Shown one piece after another: positions 34,982 to 38,235 of a stretch of 38,235 nt of DNA (position 1 is the stretch's first letter; every line of letters begins with the position of its first letter). Origin of the DNA: Dehalococcoidia bacterium (GTDB taxonomy: Bacteria > Chloroflexota > Dehalococcoidia > GIF9 > AB-539-J10); contig JBKHJJ010000001.1 of assembly GCA_046538185.1 (NCBI GenBank), forward strand, positions 1-38,235. The letters are read 5' to 3'. A program made the translations under genes and the position numbers. The notes beneath the pieces were generated by a model. The model had not been told where the DNA came from and made no database searches. It worked only from the letters and a program-made list of their open reading frames with translations.

Positions 34982-35080
34982 ATGGTTGATCTGGACGACC
35001 TCTTGACTTATCGGCGTTTCGATAGGTCGGCAATGCTTGATCACCTTGAACCAGCAATACGCCGGAAAACTAATTCATAA
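34982..35080 (+). pseudogene. N-terminal relic of a bifunctional SIS-type phosphoglucose/phosphomannose isomerase (PGI/PMI)
   Basis: The ORF runs from ATG 34982 to TAA 35078-35080 and reads MVDLDDLLTYRRFDRSAMLDHLEPAIRRKTNS*. The first 24 or so residues follow the family N-terminus (LDD....y..fD.s.ML.hl). After that the sequence is unrelated and stops. Confidence 0.55.
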
Positions 35081-35100
35081 ATCCAGGAGAAATATGGGGA

Positions 35101-35676
35101 ATGGAAACGGAAATTCGGTATCTGAATGATATGAAGATGGTTCTTTATGATAAGGCATGGGCAACAACCGCATCCAACTTCGAGGTTTACTATATGGAGC
35201 GAGGGCTCGAGGAGAAGGATGACTTAAGGTACGACATTACGACAATTCCGCCCAAGATGCTGGGCCAGGAATTCGTAAAAACTAAAGGACATTACCACAT
35301 CGGGGCATTTCAAGAACTGTATATTGTTCTGGAGGGAAAAGGAATCTTCTTGATGCAAAAGAAAGGAGAGGGGAAAATCCAGGACGTTTACTATGTAGAG
35401 GCAAAAAAGGGAGAGTGTGTTCTAGTTCCCTCTTTCTATGGACATGTGACAATCAATCCCGCTTCAAAAACCTTGAAAATGGGAAATTGGATATCAAAAC
35501 AATATAAAGCTGATTATGAAAGTATTGCAGAAAAAGGGGGATTTGCGTATTACTACACGCAAGCTGGGTGGGTCAAAAATGGGAATTATGAACAAGTTCC
35601 TGAACTTCGTTCTGAAATGCCACTGGAATCAATGCCGAGAAATCTGGATTTCTTGGAAGGGCCTAAGAGCAAGTAG
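35101..35676 (+). CDS. Cupin-type glucose-6-phosphate isomerase (archaeal cPGI family)
   Basis: RYLNDMKMVLYDKAW, GQEFVKTKGHYH, ELYIVLEGKGIFLMQ, GECVLVPSFYGHVTIN and DYESIAEKGGF line up with the Pyrococcus-type cPGI as I remember it. My hand count over 35101-35400 gives about 43% G+C, lower than the neighbours. Confidence 0.9.
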   Translation: METEIRYLNDMKMVLYDKAWATTASNFEVYYMERGLEEKDDLRYDITTIPPKMLGQEFVKTKGHYHIGAFQELYIVLEGKGIFLMQKKGEGKIQDVYYVEAKKGECVLVPSFYGHVTINPASKTLKMGNWISKQYKADYESIAEKGGFAYYYTQAGWVKNGNYEQVPELRSEMPLESMPRNLDFLEGPKSK

Positions 35677-35692
35677 AAGGGACGTTATTCCC

Positions 35693-35925
35693 CACTGGCG
35701 GCCGACGACGATGACTTCCGCTGAACTGCTGGCCAAGTCGGCAGTCGGTCATGAATTTGCTGAGACCGGAGCAGAAAGCACGCTGGCTTAGGTGCTCGGT
35801 CTGGTTCTCCTGGTGATTATTGCATTTTCTATCTGGCAATGCTGAACGAAGTTGACCCCGCATCCGTAGATGCGATAAACTTCGTGAAGCAGTACCTCTC
35901 CCAGTCCGGTATTCCCCGTGACTAG
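35693..35925 (+). pseudogene. C-terminal relic of the same SIS-type PGI/PMI gene
   Basis: HWRPTTMTSAELLAKSAVGHEFAETGAESTLA is interrupted by an in-frame TAG at 35789-35791. VLGLVLL follows, then a frameshift from loss of one G at 35812-35813. The rest reads GDYCIFYLAMLNEVDPASVDAINFVKQYLSQSGIPRD* (TAG 35923-35925). This matches the family C-terminus (lgDy.S.YLA.l.gvDP.pV..I..lK..L). Confidence 0.6.
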
Positions 35926-35998
35926 GGCGGAGTGAAAGGTTATGGTTGGTCGGGCAGATGTGTGGGCAAGTCAGTGAGTATAGTAGGGGGATGGGTGG

Positions 35999-37069
35999 AT
36001 GAAAGCTTTGGTCCTGGCTGCTGGCAAAGGCACAAGACTCAAGCCACTAACTAATACTGTGCCGAAGCACCTCTTGCCAGTGGGCGCTAAGCCGATTCTG
36101 TTCCATGTCCTGGACTACATAATAGAGGCCGGGATCAAAGATATCGGCATTGTCATATCGCCGGACTCAGGACCCTACATAGAAGAAGCCGTGGGGGATG
36201 GGAAGCAGTGGGGAGCAAGCATTACCTTCATCTCTCAACGTGAACCGCTGGGACTTGCACATGCAGTCAAAGTGGCTCAGGACTTCCTGGGCGGTTCACC
36301 TTTTCTCATGTTCCTGGGCGACAACCTCATCCAGGGGGGAGTTAAGGACTTTCTGGAAGAGTTCCAGGCTTCTGACTCCGACGCCAGCATCCTCCTCAAG
36401 GAAGTAACTGACCCCAGGGCTTTCGGCGTAGCTGAGCTTGACTCATCGGGAAAGGTGATACATATGGTGGAAAAACCCAAGGAACCCAGGAGCAACCTGG
36501 CCATAATCGGCGTTTATCTTTTCACACCCGAGATTCACAAAGCTATAGCCCAGACCAAGCCTTCCTGGAGGGGGGAACTGGAGATAACCGACGCTATCCA
36601 GAAGCTCCTGGAGATGGGAAAGGAGATCAGAAGCCATGTGCTCCAGGGCTGGTGGCTGGACATCGGCAGTAATGACGGGCTAATCGAGGCTAATCGTCTG
36701 GTTCTTGACACCTTTTTGAGTCGGAGCATCAGAGGAAAGACAGATTTACAGAGCCGGATCGAGGGCAGAGTCCAAATTGAGGAAGGAACAGAGCTGGAAA
36801 ACAGCAGTATTCAGGGTCCGGCGGTTATTGGGGCGAATTGCCGCATAACAGGTTCCGTCATCAAGCCTTTCACCAACATCAGGGCCGGGACGGTGGTCCG
36901 GGACTCATCGCTGGAGCGTTCGGTAATACTGGACAATTGCCAGATCTTGGGAATCAAGCACTTGACTGATAGTGTGATTGGTAGAAATACGGTACTAGCT
37001 GGACAGGGGAAGAGTCCCGAGAAGCTGAGGCTGTTCATAGGTGATGATTGTACAGTGGAATTGGAGTAG
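35999..37069 (+). CDS. Sugar-1-phosphate nucleotidyltransferase, long form with C-terminal left-handed beta-helix
   Basis: MKALVLAAGKGTRLKPLTNTVPKHLLPV is the G.G.R signature. Also FLGDN, VEKPKEP and hexapeptide-like repeats at the C-terminus. 356 aa, like the archaeal-type glucose-1-phosphate thymidylyl/uridylyltransferases. Confidence 0.9.
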   Translation: MKALVLAAGKGTRLKPLTNTVPKHLLPVGAKPILFHVLDYIIEAGIKDIGIVISPDSGPYIEEAVGDGKQWGASITFISQREPLGLAHAVKVAQDFLGGSPFLMFLGDNLIQGGVKDFLEEFQASDSDASILLKEVTDPRAFGVAELDSSGKVIHMVEKPKEPRSNLAIIGVYLFTPEIHKAIAQTKPSWRGELEITDAIQKLLEMGKEIRSHVLQGWWLDIGSNDGLIEANRLVLDTFLSRSIRGKTDLQSRIEGRVQIEEGTELENSSIQGPAVIGANCRITGSVIKPFTNIRAGTVVRDSSLERSVILDNCQILGIKHLTDSVIGRNTVLAGQGKSPEKLRLFIGDDCTVELE

Positions 37070-37075
37070 AGGATA

Positions 37076-38235
37076 ATGCAGAGGGTGTTAATTGTCTCAA
37101 ATAGGCTACCTATCACGATTCAGGAGAGGAAAGGCGAACTACACGTTGAACGCAGCGTAGGTGGCCTGGCCACGGGACTGAGCTCATGGTACAGGTCGTT
37201 CGATAGCATCTGGATAGGATGGGCGGGGGTGGGGCGGAAGAAAATCAAGAAGGAAAAGGACGTAATGGCCAGACTGGAATCTGAAAACTGCTACCCCGTT
37301 GCTCTTTCACAGGAAGATGTCGAAGCCTACTACCAGGGGTTCTGCAACAAGACTATCTGGCCTCTCTTTCACTACTTCCCCTTCGACGCAGAGTACAGCG
37401 AAGAGTTCTGGGCAGCTTATGAACGGGTCAACACGGCCTTCGCCAATGTAGTGGCCGGTATTGCCAAACCTAACGATATTGTGTGGGTACACGATTATCA
37501 CTTAATGCTTCTCCCCGGCCTCTTGAGAGAAAGGTTGCCAAAGGCAACAGTGGGCTTCTTCCTCCACATCCCTTTTCCATCTTCTGAAATATTTCGCCTG
37601 TTACCGTGGCGTGACCGTATTCTGGAAGGGCTACTGGGTGCAGACCTGATAGGTTTTCACACCTATGACTACACGCGGCACTTTCTGCATAGCGTGCGTC
37701 TTCTATTGGGCTACGAAGCCGACATGGGACAGATCACCGTGGCAGATCGAGTGGTGAAGGCGGACACGTTTCCGATGGGCATAAACTACGAGCGATACTC
37801 CAGCGTTGACCAGGACCCGAAAGCACAGGCAGAGAGAAAGAGGTTACGTAGGAAACTGGCAGATTTTCGGGTAATTCTCTCGGTGGACCGTCTGGACTAC
37901 ACCAAAGGGATCCCCCAGCGTCTGCGGGCCTTCAGTGTATTTTTGGATCGGAACCCAAGCTTCAAGGGGAAAGTGGTTCTTGTTCTGCTGGTAGTGCCTT
38001 CGCGCACAAGAGTGGAGCAGTACATGCGATTGAAGAGGCAGCTGGATGGGCTTGTCGGCGAAATCAACGGCAAGCATGGAAACATAGGCTGGATGCCGGT
38101 CTGGTACCTGTACCGCACATTACCCTTTCACTCGCTAGCCGCCCTTTACAGCCTGGCCGATGTTGCCCTGGTCACCCCTCTCAGAGACGGGATGAACCTG
38201 GTAGCCAAAGAGTATATGGCGGCTAAGACGGACGG
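37076..38235 (+). CDS. otsA: Trehalose-6-phosphate synthase (GT20), 5' part; continues beyond the window
   Basis: Translated by hand, since it has no stop in the window and is absent from the ORF track. MQRVLIVSNRLPI..., NKTIWPLFHYF, VWVHDYHLMLLP, FFLHIPFPSSEIFR, IGFHTYDYTRHF, LSVDRLDYTKGI, LVTPLRDGMNLVAKEY. Confidence 0.9.
   Translation, partial: MQRVLIVSNRLPITIQERKGELHVERSVGGLATGLSSWYRSFDSIWIGWAGVGRKKIKKEKDVMARLESENCYPVALSQEDVEAYYQGFCNKTIWPLFHYFPFDAEYSEEFWAAYERVNTAFANVVAGIAKPNDIVWVHDYHLMLLPGLLRERLPKATVGFFLHIPFPSSEIFRLLPWRDRILEGLLGADLIGFHTYDYTRHFLHSVRLLLGYEADMGQITVADRVVKADTFPMGINYERYSSVDQDPKAQAERKRLRRKLADFRVILSVDRLDYTKGIPQRLRAFSVFLDRNPSFKGKVVLVLLVVPSRTRVEQYMRLKRQLDGLVGEINGKHGNIGWMPVWYLYRTLPFHSLAALYSLADVALVTPLRDGMNLVAKEYMAAKTD

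Noticed and set aside
34650-35006. 118-aa plus-strand ORF in the gap upstream of the PGI locus
   Set aside because: It has no SD and no recognisable motifs, and its composition is odd. It overlaps the PGI/PMI N-terminal relic in another frame. The region is more likely a divergent promoter or untranslated region.

Overview
This is a 38.2-kb bacterial chromosomal window, annotated by eye from the ORF track and raw sequence with no searches run. Product calls rest on recognised motifs. Frequent GTG starts, genes without a Shine-Dalgarno (SD) sequence, archaeal-type genes and surface-protein styles hint at a Chloroflexota-like organism, but that is a guess. The left third (1-9.9 kb) looks accessory. 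It holds a frameshifted hicA, a membrane-tethered HNH nuclease, a single-lobe arrestin/Spo0M-like protein and a PNPOx-like protein. It also holds a 1127-aa secreted transglutaminase-like/FG-GAP protein with an anchored beta-sandwich partner, an intact hicAB pair, a zinc-ribbon/bPH membrane protein and an orphan. The middle (9.9-32.2 kb) is housekeeping: mgtE, Xaa-Pro peptidase, efp, a PHP protein, aspS-tig-clpP, an NMO/FabK-like gene, coaE, an MFS transporter, ispF, glyQS, a PhzF-like gene, a methyltransferase, ogt, hpt-ade, a SWIM protein, folC, an archaemetzincin and a thiolase. The right end (32.2-38.2 kb) has two tandem lipoprotein paralogs built from 7 x 38-aa mini-RCC1 blades. It also has a sugar cluster of cupin-type PGI, an NDP-sugar pyrophosphorylase and otsA (runs off the window). 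Four observations stand out. (1) The cupin PGI gene sits between N- and C-terminal relics of a SIS-type PGI/PMI gene, which looks like replacement in place. (2) mgtE is preceded by a consensus promoter, a roughly 170-nt leader with a Pro-containing mini-ORF, and a perfect intrinsic terminator abutting the ATG, with no M-box resemblance. (3) The mini-RCC1 lipoprotein pair has exact 114-nt DNA periodicity. (4) An 18-nt motif recurs between the small accessory genes and inside the RCC1 repeats. No rRNA, tRNA, CRISPR array, transposase or integrase was seen.
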